Shown piece by piece: positions 9,690 to 19,718 of a DNA stretch of 64,000 bases. The first letter of the stretch is position 1; the number at the start of each line of letters is the position of its first letter. The notes under the pieces were generated by a model, which saw nothing but the letters and a program-made list of their open reading frames with translations, searched no databases and had not been told where the DNA came from. The stretch spans positions 1 through 64,000 of the forward strand of contig JBQTJP010000110.1 in the NCBI GenBank assembly GCA_052386995.1, read 5' to 3'. Source of the DNA: Armatimonadota bacterium. Lineage in GTDB: Bacteria > Sysuimicrobiota > Sysuimicrobiia > Sysuimicrobiales > Humicultoraceae. A program made the position numbers and the translations under genes.

Positions 9690-10826
9690 TCAACTCCTCT
9701 TGCGAGGCTCACCGGCGCCGAGGGGAAGGCTGATCAGGACGCGCGTCCCTCGTCCGGGTTGTGACCGGAGCGTCAATCGACCGCCGAGGCTGGTCATCCG
9801 TTCCTGCATATTGAGCAGACCGAATGAAAGCGTCCGCATGTCCTGACGGAGCGTTCGTGCCACATCGAAGCCAACCCCGTCGTCCCGCACCGTCACCTCG
9901 AACGCCCCATTGCGGACGCGTCCGTTGATGATCACGCGCTTCGCCGATGAGTGGCGGTACACGTTGGCCAGGGCCTCATTGATGACTTGAAAGACCTCGT
10001 CGGCCGTCGGCCCGGGCAGGACGCCCTGGGAGCCCTCCCACCGCAGCGACCAGGCGACCCCGCGGCTCTGCTCGAGCCGGACGAGGGCGTTGCGCACGCG
10101 CTCTTCCAGGGCCAGCTCGGGATGGGCCAGCCGAAGATTGCGGATCAGCGTCCGCGTCTGCCTGATCGTGTGTTCCAACTCGGTCTCTAACCCATCGAGC
10201 GCCTCGTGCGAGTGCTGATCTGCCGTCGCGCGCACGAGCCGCAGGTGGAGCATGATGCCAGACAACATCTGCAACGGGCCGTCGTGGATCTCCCGGGTGA
10301 CCCGGTCATGCACGTCGGTTGTGGCGACGGCCTCGGTGTGCTGGCGTATCCGAATGGCTTCCGTGCGGGCAATCGCGCCCTGTATCAGGACGCTGACCGA
10401 GGCACATTCGAACGTAGAGAATACGGCGCGGCGCGAGGAAAAGATCCCAAGGGCGCCTACGCCGCCGCTGGTCGTGTAGACCGGGAACACGATGCCGCCC
10501 CGGATGGCCGGCCGGCGGGGTCGCTCGTGTGACGAGAGCCTGACCGGACGGAGCGTCCGGGTGATCCTGGCATGCCACCGATCCAGCAGTCTCGTCGGTG
10601 GCCACCGGGCGCCCGGGGGGACCCGGAACTCATGTTCCTCCACGAGCCCCTCGGGCGGGCGCAGGACCACGAGGTCTGCGCCGGCCATCGTCTTGGCCTC
10701 CCGAACCGCTCCCCTCAGCGTCTCGGCAGGATCGTCTCCTGGGGCAGAGCGGATAGTACGCCCGAGTGCTGCGCACAGATGTTCTAGCAACGCGCACAGT
10801 CCCCCGTGGTACCCGCACGGAACCAC
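9690..10826 (-). CDS. Soluble sensor histidine kinase (GAF-like + HisKA_3 + HATPase)
   Basis: REIHDGPLQ H-box, EALANVYRHS N-box, DDGVGF, FGLLNMQER, SQPGRGT; start uncertain. Confidence 0.85.
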   Translation of the reverse strand: MVPCGYHGGLCALLEHLCAALGRTIRSAPGDDPAETLRGAVREAKTMAGADLVVLRPPEGLVEEHEFRVPPGARWPPTRLLDRWHARITRTLRPVRLSSHERPRRPAIRGGIVFPVYTTSGGVGALGIFSSRRAVFSTFECASVSVLIQGAIARTEAIRIRQHTEAVATTDVHDRVTREIHDGPLQMLSGIMLHLRLVRATADQHSHEALDGLETELEHTIRQTRTLIRNLRLAHPELALEERVRNALVRLEQSRGVAWSLRWEGSQGVLPGPTADEVFQVINEALANVYRHSSAKRVIINGRVRNGAFEVTVRDDGVGFDVARTLRQDMRTLSFGLLNMQERMTSLGGRLTLRSQPGRGTRVLISLPLGAGEPRKRS

Positions 10827-11022
10827 GACATGACTCGTGGTCCTTCTTGCCTAGTTATTGGCAAAGACCATCACTTCTAGACGATGTGCTCGGCACTGCG
10901 AAGTTCTCTGGCCGACACCAGACCCCTGCCTGATCAGCATGCGCACCGGGCATGGGTGCAAGGTTGGGGTGGGGAGGGGGGTAAGACGCCGGGGGAGAAC
11001 ACCTCATGGGGGAGCCGGGGGC

Positions 11023-12213
11023 ATGATCTCGATCAGACTTGCACGCCTGAGCATCATCGTCTCGCTGTGCGCGGTGGCGGTGCCCGTGCTCGCGGCACCG
11101 TGGGCCGTTCTCACTCCCACGGTCATCTTCGTGCCCGAAGAGTACCACACGGGTGGCGCATACACCGCTATCCAGGCCGGCCGGGACGGACGCGTCTACC
11201 TGGGCACGACCATCTACGATGGGTACGCTCACCTGCTCTCGTTCGTGCCGTCGTCCGGCCGGGTCGAGAGTCTGATTGAAATGTCGGCCGCCACCGGTGA
11301 GCGAACTCCCGGCCCATACGCCCAGGCAAAGATCCACACCAAACCCGCCATTGCGCCGGACGGACGGGTGTACTTCGGCACGAAGTCCGGCAAACCCGCG
11401 GCGGACGCGCGCTGGCAGCAAAACTATCCGGGCGGTCACCTCCTTGTCTACGATCCTCGTTCGGGCCGGACCACCGACCTCGGGATCGTCAAACCCAGGG
11501 TGAGCATCATCGCGGTCGGGATTGATCCCTCGCGCGGGCTCGTCTATGCGCTTACGGATCCCGAAAGCCGCCTGGTCACCTACGATCCGCAGACACGAAC
11601 GTTTGCCGATCGGGGGCAGCTGGGGCCCCAGGGGGAGCCGCCCAGCCGCTATCTGGTCGTGCTCTCCAACGGGGATGTCTACCATCCCTACGGAGACGGG
11701 GCGATGGCGCAATACGTCGCGGCTTCGGGCGCAATCCGGCGGCTGCCCCTGACGGTGACGGGATCCGGAACCTATGAAGAGCCGTATGCGCTCGTGACGG
11801 CGCAGGACGGACGTCGATTCATCGGCCTAGGGAATCAGACCGGGCAGGTCTACGTCTTCGAGGCGCGTGAACAGCAGATTGGCGTGCGGATCCTGGGGAC
11901 GGTCAAAGGGCAGGTGGAGGCGCCGCTCAACCTGCATTACACGATGGCGCTGGCGCCTGACGGCAGCGCGTACTACACGGGGTCGGTGCGTGACGCAAAG
12001 GAGCTCTTCGTCTTTCGCGTCCCCCCTGATCTCAGCCGGCCCGAGGTCGTCGGGCGTGTTAGCCCGATACCACCGGCGCCCGCAGGATACTCGCGCACAG
12101 CGGTCCCGGGCATTATCGTCCAGGGCTCCACGTTCACACCCGATGGTACGCTCATCGTCATGACCGCGTATCCGCTGCGGCTGATCGTCTTTCGAGGGAT
12201 CGCCTCACGGTGA
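11023..12213 (+). CDS. Secreted beta-propeller-like hypothetical protein
   Basis: Signal-peptide-like N-terminus; repeated blades DGRVYLGT, DGRVYFGT, NGDVYH, DGSAYY, DGTLIV; start uncertain. Confidence 0.7.
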   Translation: MISIRLARLSIIVSLCAVAVPVLAAPWAVLTPTVIFVPEEYHTGGAYTAIQAGRDGRVYLGTTIYDGYAHLLSFVPSSGRVESLIEMSAATGERTPGPYAQAKIHTKPAIAPDGRVYFGTKSGKPAADARWQQNYPGGHLLVYDPRSGRTTDLGIVKPRVSIIAVGIDPSRGLVYALTDPESRLVTYDPQTRTFADRGQLGPQGEPPSRYLVVLSNGDVYHPYGDGAMAQYVAASGAIRRLPLTVTGSGTYEEPYALVTAQDGRRFIGLGNQTGQVYVFEAREQQIGVRILGTVKGQVEAPLNLHYTMALAPDGSAYYTGSVRDAKELFVFRVPPDLSRPEVVGRVSPIPPAPAGYSRTAVPGIIVQGSTFTPDGTLIVMTAYPLRLIVFRGIASR

Positions 12214-13424
12214 GATACGGCTTCGCGTTCGCGCTGATCATCTTGCTGGGTGTCAGCGCCGGCCCCGCGCCCGGCGCACCGGCGCAAACCAAACGCCTGG
12301 CCTTCCTGATCGACAGCTGGCATCCGGTATCACATGCCGAGGTGATCGGCACGCGCTTTCTCGAGGGATACCGGATGGGCGACCGCACCTTCGCCTCCCC
12401 GGTGGGCATCGCGTCCATCTATCAGACCGCACCGCGGCCCGACAACAAGGGCCGGGAGGTCGCGGCCCGCTACGACATCCGCCTCGCCTCATCGGTCCCG
12501 GAAGCCCTGCTCGACGATCCCCGGGCGGCGCAGCCCAAACTCGCCGTCGATGGCGTCGTGATCGCGGTCCGGACGCCGCTGCCCAGAGGCGCCGGGACGG
12601 GTGAGCCCTCGGGGCAATACCGCCTCTTTCGCGACACGATGGCCGTCTTCGACCGGACCGGAAGCCGTGTGCCGGTGTTTGTCGACAAGAACCTTGCCGC
12701 CACGTGGGAGGAGAGCCAGGGCATCATCGCCGAGGGGACACGTCGCGGTGTGCCCATGATGGCGGGGTCGGTAGTCCCGTGGGTGCCGCTCGAACCGCGG
12801 CCGCCCGCGGGCATGCGTCCGACGGTAGCCGTCGCCGCGTCTGCGGCGCCCTACGTGCTCTATGCTATTCACCCCGCCGAACTGCTCCAGGCGTCGCTCG
12901 AGCTCCGCACCACCCGGGAGACCGGCGTGGCTTCCGTGCGCAGCGTCGGCGCGGCCTACTGGTCGTTACCCGATCGGGATCGGTGGGGAGGGGACGTTCT
13001 GGATGCGATGCTTGCGGGAGCCCGGACACGCGGGGTCGGCCGGGGGCGCATTCCGGGTGAGCTCGGCGAGGACTCCGACGTCGTCCTCATACAATACGTC
13101 GATGGAACGCGCGGCGTGCTCGCTCTGGTTCCGCGCGCGTTCGACGACTCGGAGTTCTTACTCGGGGTGCGTTACGAGGGAGGAGCGAGGCCGTACGTGG
13201 GCAGCATCGTGCTGGGCGGAGCTCCGTACGATCACTTTGGATATCTCGTCCACGCGCTCGTGCAGTTCTTCATGACGGGGAAGCCGGGAGCCCCGGCCGA
13301 GCGAACATTGCTATCCACCGGCATCAGCCTCTTCGGCTTGCGGTCCCGCGAGGCCGGCGGGCAACTGCTTTCGGTCCCGTCACTGGCCGTCTCGTACGCA
13401 GTGCTACCCGCGCCGGGCCGCTAG
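12210..13424 (+). CDS. Secreted hypothetical protein with possible Gfo/Idh/MocA-like fold
   Basis: Signal peptide; SHAEVIGTRFLEGY, LAVDGVVI, VPVFVDKNLA, PMMAGS motifs; GTGA overlap with the upstream stop. Confidence 0.65.
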   Translation: MRYGFAFALIILLGVSAGPAPGAPAQTKRLAFLIDSWHPVSHAEVIGTRFLEGYRMGDRTFASPVGIASIYQTAPRPDNKGREVAARYDIRLASSVPEALLDDPRAAQPKLAVDGVVIAVRTPLPRGAGTGEPSGQYRLFRDTMAVFDRTGSRVPVFVDKNLAATWEESQGIIAEGTRRGVPMMAGSVVPWVPLEPRPPAGMRPTVAVAASAAPYVLYAIHPAELLQASLELRTTRETGVASVRSVGAAYWSLPDRDRWGGDVLDAMLAGARTRGVGRGRIPGELGEDSDVVLIQYVDGTRGVLALVPRAFDDSEFLLGVRYEGGARPYVGSIVLGGAPYDHFGYLVHALVQFFMTGKPGAPAERTLLSTGISLFGLRSREAGGQLLSVPSLAVSYAVLPAPGR

Positions 13425-13435
13425 CATACACGCCG

Positions 13436-14017
13436 CTACTCTGCCGGCCCTCCGTCTTCGTCGTGTGGGCTCGCCGATAGTCTGTCCGGTGGCACACCGC
13501 CCATCAGGTCGCCGAGCCTAGCCTGCTCGAGGACTTCGCGCAGCAGCGTCCCCTCGCGGACCCGCGTCATGAGCTCGCGATCGCTCAACGCCTCGATCTC
13601 GCGTGCCGCGTCGACGACCTCCTCGAGGCGCAGGAACATCTGGTAGGCATCGGGGCCGATAAGCTGTTTGAAATCCTGCTCGAGATTCACCTGCAGGATG
13701 AGCAGGAACACCGCGCTCACGCGGCGCACGAGCCAGCGGCAATAGTCATGCAACTGTGTCGCCCGCCGGTCGACGACATAGGGGATGTCTCGCCGGCCCG
13801 AGATCTCCCTGAGACGTTCGTCGACCGCCCCAAGTTCGGCAAGAATCCCCAGGTACTCACCGAGGACCTCGGTCGAGGTGGCCGCCGTGCTCTGCAGCGC
13901 CAGGAAGCGTCGCTCCGCGTCCTTGAGCGCATGATGCAGCGGATCCAATATCGATCGAAAGGCTTCGGAGCGACGGACGACGCGGGTCCGTTCGGCGGTG
14001 GGAGGAATCTCGCTCAT
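13436..14017 (-). CDS. Hypothetical helical protein, last gene of the glycan operon
   Basis: ATGA-coupled to the upstream gene; amphipathic helical composition; no recognised motif. Confidence 0.65.
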   Translation of the reverse strand: MSEIPPTAERTRVVRRSEAFRSILDPLHHALKDAERRFLALQSTAATSTEVLGEYLGILAELGAVDERLREISGRRDIPYVVDRRATQLHDYCRWLVRRVSAVFLLILQVNLEQDFKQLIGPDAYQMFLRLEEVVDAAREIEALSDRELMTRVREGTLLREVLEQARLGDLMGGVPPDRLSASPHDEDGGPAE

Positions 14018-15633
14018 GGCGCGACCTCGTAGAGGCGATAGTGGCGATCCTGCATCAGCACCCGCCACGAGGCGCATGCCTCGGGATCGTCACTCTTCAG
14101 GATCACGTGGGTGATGCGATACGCCGCCCGCAGCTGCTCCGCCGACTCGCACCGTCGTGCAGCGGCACTCCTGTAGAACGTGTCGGCGGCGCGCACCCTG
14201 CGATACCATTCCATGACCGCGACATCGTTGTAGGGAATGAACCAGTAGTCGATGAACGCCGGGGCGCCGGTCCATAGCCGAAAGTACTGCCAGTTTGCGG
14301 TGACGCCCGCGTACCCGAACGGATCGCGCCCATCTACCGCGAGGGGAATCATATACACATTGCCGGCAGACTTCGTGGCCTTGACGAAGTTCATGACTGC
14401 GATCTCGGGAGCAGCTCTCGGAGTAAAGCGCTGCGCTGTGGTGATCGCGCCGGCGCCCGCCAGCACGGCGAGGGCCAACAGGCTGATCGGGACCAGGGCG
14501 CCGGTGCGGCCCGATCGGTCCACCATGACGGGGTCGCGAGGCGCCACGAGGCGCGCGATCACCATGGCCGTCGACAGAGGGACTAACACCACCGACAGCC
14601 GCCAGGGATAGAGCAAAGCGAGTGTGTCATTTCCGGAGGCCACCTGGAGAATGGTCAGGCCGACCGCCGCGGCGGCGGAGGCGGCCATGATGCCGAAGAG
14701 CGCGGTCCGGCGGACGGCATAGAGCCCGGCGAGCACGACCGCGATTTGCACGACGACTGCCGTATTGACCCACGCCGCAGGGTCGGCGTGGCGGGACAAT
14801 CTGAAGTGCACAAGAATATCCTGCGCTCGCGTCCAGAGCTCGGGACTCGTCGGCCGGAAGACCACGAGCATGTACGCGAGCACGGGCAGCACCAGCACGA
14901 GAGTCCCCGCGCCCAGGCCGGCCGCCTTCTTGAGGCCCTCCCCGCGCCGCACGAGCACAATCATGTAGGCGCACGTGAGTACCGCCGCGGTCAGAAGATA
15001 GGCCGGGTTGAGGAACACGGCGACGGCTTCCACGGCCACGGCGGCGGCTAGCCGCCCGCGCAGGAACAGGTAGATGGAGAGCAGCAGGAACACGCCGAAG
15101 CCTCCCGGCTGGAGCATGTCCCAGAGGATGCGCTGAGATGCCACACCCTCGATGAGCGCCCGGCCGACGTTCAACCCGAAGAGCCTGCTCGACAGCGCGC
15201 CGACCACCGGCGAATGTACACCCACGAGAAGGGCCAAGAAGGCAAGATACCGAGCCCGCGACGCCTTGATGGGAAAAAGCGATGACGCGATCCCAGCAAC
15301 GCTGAATAGATACACTCCCAGCAACGCGACGAAGCACACGTAGAACGCCCATGCGCCCAGGTGGGTGAGGGTCACTTCGACAAGCCAGGTAAACACGGGC
15401 CAGGGATCGGGGGTTGCGGCCAGCCAGTCGTGCCGCAGCAGCCCCAGGCCACTCCGCGCCAGGCCATGAAGGAAATATTGGTTCTGCGCACTGTAGTACA
15501 CGGGAAACTGGCTGTACGCGGCGCCGAATACCGCCGTCAAAACGAGGAACTCCGTCCACGCCGCATAGCGGGGCGTGGCCACCCGGTCGTCGGCCGACCC
15601 CACGGCCGCCCGGCCCAAGACGAGGTCGCCCAT
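14014..15633 (-). CDS. Multi-pass membrane protein (DUF6798-like from memory), putative GT-C-type transferase, paralog 1
   Basis: Many hydrophobic segments; QNQYFLHGLAR..DWLA, PWRLSV, FRL...P.FID...PY.D...EW motifs shared with 25427-27088. Confidence 0.7.
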   Translation of the reverse strand: MGDLVLGRAAVGSADDRVATPRYAAWTEFLVLTAVFGAAYSQFPVYYSAQNQYFLHGLARSGLGLLRHDWLAATPDPWPVFTWLVEVTLTHLGAWAFYVCFVALLGVYLFSVAGIASSLFPIKASRARYLAFLALLVGVHSPVVGALSSRLFGLNVGRALIEGVASQRILWDMLQPGGFGVFLLLSIYLFLRGRLAAAVAVEAVAVFLNPAYLLTAAVLTCAYMIVLVRRGEGLKKAAGLGAGTLVLVLPVLAYMLVVFRPTSPELWTRAQDILVHFRLSRHADPAAWVNTAVVVQIAVVLAGLYAVRRTALFGIMAASAAAAVGLTILQVASGNDTLALLYPWRLSVVLVPLSTAMVIARLVAPRDPVMVDRSGRTGALVPISLLALAVLAGAGAITTAQRFTPRAAPEIAVMNFVKATKSAGNVYMIPLAVDGRDPFGYAGVTANWQYFRLWTGAPAFIDYWFIPYNDVAVMEWYRRVRAADTFYRSAAARRCESAEQLRAAYRITHVILKSDDPEACASWRVLMQDRHYRLYEVAP

Positions 15634-15638
15634 ATCCG

Positions 15639-16550
15639 TTATGTCACGTAGATGACGATCGCGGTGATTGTCGCCCAGAGGGCCACGGTCGCCAGCAGCG
15701 GGATATCGGAGATCAGCAGTTCCTCGGGGCTCCCTCCAGCATCTCGCTGGTATACCAGGTACAGGTACCGGAAGATCCCATAGAAGACGAGCGGACTGGT
15801 CAGCATGAGCAAATGAGGTCTGGCCGTTTCCTTGGCGTACAGCATGTAGGCCATGATCACCGCCGCGCTGAGCGCGGCCAGCATCTGGTCCAGCAATTTG
15901 GTCGAGTACTGGGTGAGCACCGGACGGTGATTGGGGCCGCCTTCGATCACTACCAGCTCGTGCCTGCGCTTCCCCACCGCCAGGAAGAGCGACAGCAGCG
16001 GGACGGTCACGAGGAACCAGAGTGACATCTCAACGCGGATCGCGATGGCGCCGCCGGCGGCCCGCAGCACGAAGCCCGACGCGATCGTCATGACATCCAG
16101 GAGCACGGCGTGCTTCAGCCTGAACGAGTAGAGCAGGTTGATCCCAAGATACAGCATGATGATCAGGCCCAGCGCGGCGTTGATCGCAAAGCCCACCAGC
16201 ACCGCGGCGGCCGCGAGCGCCACCGCGAGCCCGATGGCCTGGGCCGGGCTGACGAGGCCGGCCGCCACGGGACGGAAGCGTTTTGTGGGGTGCGCCCGAT
16301 CCTCCCGGGCATCGAGGGCGTCATTCACACTGTAGGCCGCCGAGGATGCCAGACAAAAAGCCAGGAACGCGAGGGCCGCGAGCTCGACCGACGCTACATT
16401 GCTCAGCTGTCCCGAGAACAGGAGCGCGGCAAAGACCAGGCCGTTCTTCACCCACTGCCGCGGCCGGGCGAGTCGGACCAGCGCGCCCGGTGAGATCCCC
16501 GCGCGCCAGGGGGGCGCGCCGGCCTCTTCGCGTGTGCGGTCAGAAAGCAA
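15639..16550 (-). CDS. UbiA-family polyprenyl-phosphate phosphoribosyltransferase (DPPR synthase-like)
   Basis: RPRQWVKN, YSVNDALDAREDRAHPTKRFRPVAAG, GKRRHEL, GGSPEE; start uncertain (TTG 16550 chosen). Confidence 0.88.
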   Translation of the reverse strand: MLSDRTREEAGAPPWRAGISPGALVRLARPRQWVKNGLVFAALLFSGQLSNVASVELAALAFLAFCLASSAAYSVNDALDAREDRAHPTKRFRPVAAGLVSPAQAIGLAVALAAAAVLVGFAINAALGLIIMLYLGINLLYSFRLKHAVLLDVMTIASGFVLRAAGGAIAIRVEMSLWFLVTVPLLSLFLAVGKRRHELVVIEGGPNHRPVLTQYSTKLLDQMLAALSAAVIMAYMLYAKETARPHLLMLTSPLVFYGIFRYLYLVYQRDAGGSPEELLISDIPLLATVALWATITAIVIYVT

Positions 16551-17853
16551 TCTCTTGCAGGACGCGGAAGCGGTCCGAGGTGATGGGCTGCCCATCGCGT
16601 TTCTGCGCCATTTCGGTGAAGTTCTCGTTCCGAGACCACACGACCGACACGACGAACATCAGCTCCTGCTCGATGCCGCTGTCAAAGTGGATGGCCAGCT
16701 TGGCGAGATCACTCGCATTTCCCGTGGCCGTGTATCGCGGAAGCGCCAACGACCGTGCCACCTCGAGCCGGCCACGGTAGAGGTTGTCGTAGACGCTCTG
16801 AGCGTGTGCCGCCTGCTCGGGACGCCGGAACGAACGATCGATCGCCCACGCCGCCATGTACCCCGAGTACATCGCCAGAGCGACGCCAATGGATGAGATC
16901 GGATCGACGAAGGCGGCCGCGTCACCCGCCAGGAAGAACCCGGGACCGGCCAGCCGCGTCGGCCGGTAGGAATAGTCGCGAATCACGTGCACGCTGCCGT
17001 CGCGGAAACGCGCGGGCTCCAGCAGACGATCCACATAGGGAATCTCGTAGCACTTGCGGAGGAGGTAGGTTTCCCATCCCTCGTCGGAGGCCTTGACGGC
17101 CCTCATCTCGTCCAGCGGCAGGACCAGGCCGACGCTGGTGGTGTCCCGCAGGGGGATGTGCCAGACCCAGCCCCAGTCGCCCATGCCCGCGATGGACGAG
17201 ATGAACGTCGTGGGCGGAACGCGCTTCAACTGGTCGAACGGATACGCCCGCCCGTCCGCCGCCACGTACATCGAGTCGTCGAAGTATCCCCAGACGCTCA
17301 TGAACCGAAAGCCTTCGTCGATGACGCGAAGGCCCAGCTGCTTGGCGATGATCGCGCTCTGGCCGCTTGCGTCCACGATGAACCGGCAGGCGATCTCGCC
17401 AGAGCTCCCGTCGTCCACGTGCCGGTAGGCGACCGTGCTCCTGGCGCCCTCGTCCAGGTCTACTTTCCAGGCCGAGACCTCCTCGAAGACCCGGACGCCG
17501 CGCTCCCGAGCATTCTGCACCAGGATGTGATCGAATCGGTCGCGCTCGACGTGCAATGCGGGGCGGTTGAATCCGAACTCCTTGAACCGTAGCTGCCGGA
17601 TAACCCCGTTCCACACCACGGTCCCGCCGGCCTTGGCGATGAACCCGTCTGCCTCTAACTTCTCCGAGGCGCCCGCCAGGTCGCAGTATTTCCAAAAGTG
17701 TGGGGTGAGGCTCTCACCCACCATGTAGCGCGGATGTTTCTTCTTCTCGAGGAGCACGACGTCGTAGCCCTTCTGGCTCAAGAGCGTCCCCGCAATGGCC
17801 CCCGCCGGACCACCGCCGATGACGACAACATCGCACTGTTCTGGGATGTTCAT
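16540..17853 (-). CDS. Flavin-dependent halogenase (PltA/CmlS-like)
   Basis: GGGPAG, PRYMVGESL, catalytic-Lys region GFIAKAGG, WVWHIP (WxWxIP), GDAAAFVDP. Confidence 0.8.
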   Translation of the reverse strand: MNIPEQCDVVVIGGGPAGAIAGTLLSQKGYDVVLLEKKKHPRYMVGESLTPHFWKYCDLAGASEKLEADGFIAKAGGTVVWNGVIRQLRFKEFGFNRPALHVERDRFDHILVQNARERGVRVFEEVSAWKVDLDEGARSTVAYRHVDDGSSGEIACRFIVDASGQSAIIAKQLGLRVIDEGFRFMSVWGYFDDSMYVAADGRAYPFDQLKRVPPTTFISSIAGMGDWGWVWHIPLRDTTSVGLVLPLDEMRAVKASDEGWETYLLRKCYEIPYVDRLLEPARFRDGSVHVIRDYSYRPTRLAGPGFFLAGDAAAFVDPISSIGVALAMYSGYMAAWAIDRSFRRPEQAAHAQSVYDNLYRGRLEVARSLALPRYTATGNASDLAKLAIHFDSGIEQELMFVVSVVWSRNENFTEMAQKRDGQPITSDRFRVLQEIAF

Positions 17854-18101
17854 CGTGGCGCCGACTTCCGCTCGATCAGGTCGGCGATGGACTGGAGCGT
17901 GCCGAAGTGCTCGGGCACGAGTTCCTCGTCGGCGAGCTGGATGCCAAAACGTTCCTCGATGAAAGAGACGAGCATGAGCAGCCCCATGGAATCGACAACA
18001 TGGTTCTCGATGAGCTTGAATTCGGGCGACAATGCGCCGCGCGCCTCGTCCCAGTGCAACTCGCCGAGCAGAAACTCACGCAGTGTCGAGACCGTTGTCA
18101 C
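17850..18101 (-). CDS. Acyl/peptidyl carrier protein
   Basis: 83 aa acidic protein with VDSMGLL phosphopantetheine site and IEERFGI. Confidence 0.92.
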   Translation of the reverse strand: MTTVSTLREFLLGELHWDEARGALSPEFKLIENHVVDSMGLLMLVSFIEERFGIQLADEELVPEHFGTLQSIADLIERKSAPR

Positions 18102-18119
18102 CAGGAAGTCCTCCCGCCC

Positions 18120-19718
18120 CTACGACCGGTCCTGAGCCGAGACCGGAACCGCGGCCAGGGCCGTACGATCTATCTTTCCCGTCGATGTCTTGGGGAGCAT
18201 GGCGACAAACTCGAAGGCCTCCGGCACCATGTACTTCGGCAGGAGACCGGAGAGGAACTTCACAAGGTCGCCGTCGCCGACTCCCCGCGCGTTGGTGACG
18301 ACGAACGCCTTGATGCGGTTGCCCACGAGCTCATCGGGGAGTGGGATCACGGCGCATTCGACCACGGCCGGATGTCCCGCCAGCGCCGCCTCGATATCGC
18401 CCAGCTCGATCCGGTACCCCCGGCTCTTGATCTGATGATCACGGCGTCCCAGGAAGATCAGCTCGCCGTCGGCCCGACGGCGCACCAGGTCGCCGGTGCG
18501 GTAGACCCTCTCCGCCGGCGACCCCAACGGGTGTGGCACGAAGGCCCGCTCGGTGCGCTCCGGGTCGCCCCAGTAGCCGCGGGCGACCGTCGATCCCCGG
18601 ACGTAGAGCTCGCCCTCTTCGCCGTCCGCCGCCACTCGGCCCCCGTCGTTCGCCACGAAGACCTCGACGTTGGCGATGGGCTTCCCAATCGGGATCGGCT
18701 CAACCTGGTCATCGGGCAGCACCGGCACACGGTAGTAGGTGCAGACGTTCGTTTCGGTGGGTCCGTACAGATTCGTAAACCGCGCCTGCGGCACGAGCCG
18801 CATCAGCAGCCGCAGATGCCGGGTGGGAAACACTTCGCCCGCAAAGATGATATGGCGCAGCGCCGGCAGGCGTCCAACGGTGAGTCCGCCGCGGAGGGCC
18901 AGCATGGCGAGCACGGAGGGCACCGAGTACCAGATCGAGATCTTGTGGGCTTCGATGAAGCGCGCCAGCTGCACCGGAAACACCGAGGCCTCCGGCGGGA
19001 CGATCACGAGCTCGGCTCCTGCCAGCGCCGCGACATAGATGTCCAGAATCGTCAGATCGAAGTGCAGGGGCGCGTGATTGGACAGGACGTCGGCGGCCGT
19101 TGGGGCGAAGTACTGGCCGCACCACTCGACGAACGCCAGAGCGTTCCGGTGGGAGAGCATCACGCCCTTCGGCCGTCCGGTCGATCCCGACGTGTACAGG
19201 ATGTAGGCCAGGTCATGATCGATGCCGGGGGGCTCGACCCGGTGATCTGCGGCGGCCTCGAGCGCATCGCGGCCCAGCACGGTTGCTCCGTCCAGGGCCC
19301 CGGCAACATCAGCGGTGGCCGCGTTCAGCACGATCACCCGATCCAGCCGCGCGCCCGAGGAGACCATCGCCGGCCATTCGCGAGATTGCTCTGCGCCGGT
19401 GACCAGACACGTGAGGCCGCAGTCACGGGCGATATACGCCAGCCGTGCCGCTGGCGCCAGGGGGTCGAGCGGCACGTATGCCGCACCGGCCTTGAGAATG
19501 CCGTAGATCCCCACGATGGCGTCGGTCGACTTGGTCAGATACAGGCCGACGCGGTCACCCCGGCGCGTGCCGGTGTCTTTCAGGAGATTCGCCAGCCGGT
19601 TCGCCCGCTGCTCGACGTCGGCGTAGGGCACCGACCCCCTGGCATCGGTGACCGCCGCATGCGCGGGGTCGCGCTCAGCGGCGTCGGTCAACAGATGCGG
19701 AAGCAGATAGGGCCTCAC
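18120..19718 (-). CDS. Stand-alone amino acid adenylation enzyme, predicted L-proline-activating (PltF/AnaC-like)
   Basis: YTSGSTGRPKG, HAPLHFDL, NLYGPTETNVC, YRTGDL, LPKTSTGK; hand-extracted specificity code DLLYIALVCK. Confidence 0.85.
   Translation of the reverse strand: MRPYLLPHLLTDAAERDPAHAAVTDARGSVPYADVEQRANRLANLLKDTGTRRGDRVGLYLTKSTDAIVGIYGILKAGAAYVPLDPLAPAARLAYIARDCGLTCLVTGAEQSREWPAMVSSGARLDRVIVLNAATADVAGALDGATVLGRDALEAAADHRVEPPGIDHDLAYILYTSGSTGRPKGVMLSHRNALAFVEWCGQYFAPTAADVLSNHAPLHFDLTILDIYVAALAGAELVIVPPEASVFPVQLARFIEAHKISIWYSVPSVLAMLALRGGLTVGRLPALRHIIFAGEVFPTRHLRLLMRLVPQARFTNLYGPTETNVCTYYRVPVLPDDQVEPIPIGKPIANVEVFVANDGGRVAADGEEGELYVRGSTVARGYWGDPERTERAFVPHPLGSPAERVYRTGDLVRRRADGELIFLGRRDHQIKSRGYRIELGDIEAALAGHPAVVECAVIPLPDELVGNRIKAFVVTNARGVGDGDLVKFLSGLLPKYMVPEAFEFVAMLPKTSTGKIDRTALAAVPVSAQDRS

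Noticed and set aside
18120..19718. DltA/D-alanylation interpretation of the A domain and carrier protein
   Set aside because: No DltB/MBOAT or DltD nearby; the specificity code and the adjacent prolyl-type dehydrogenase favour proline
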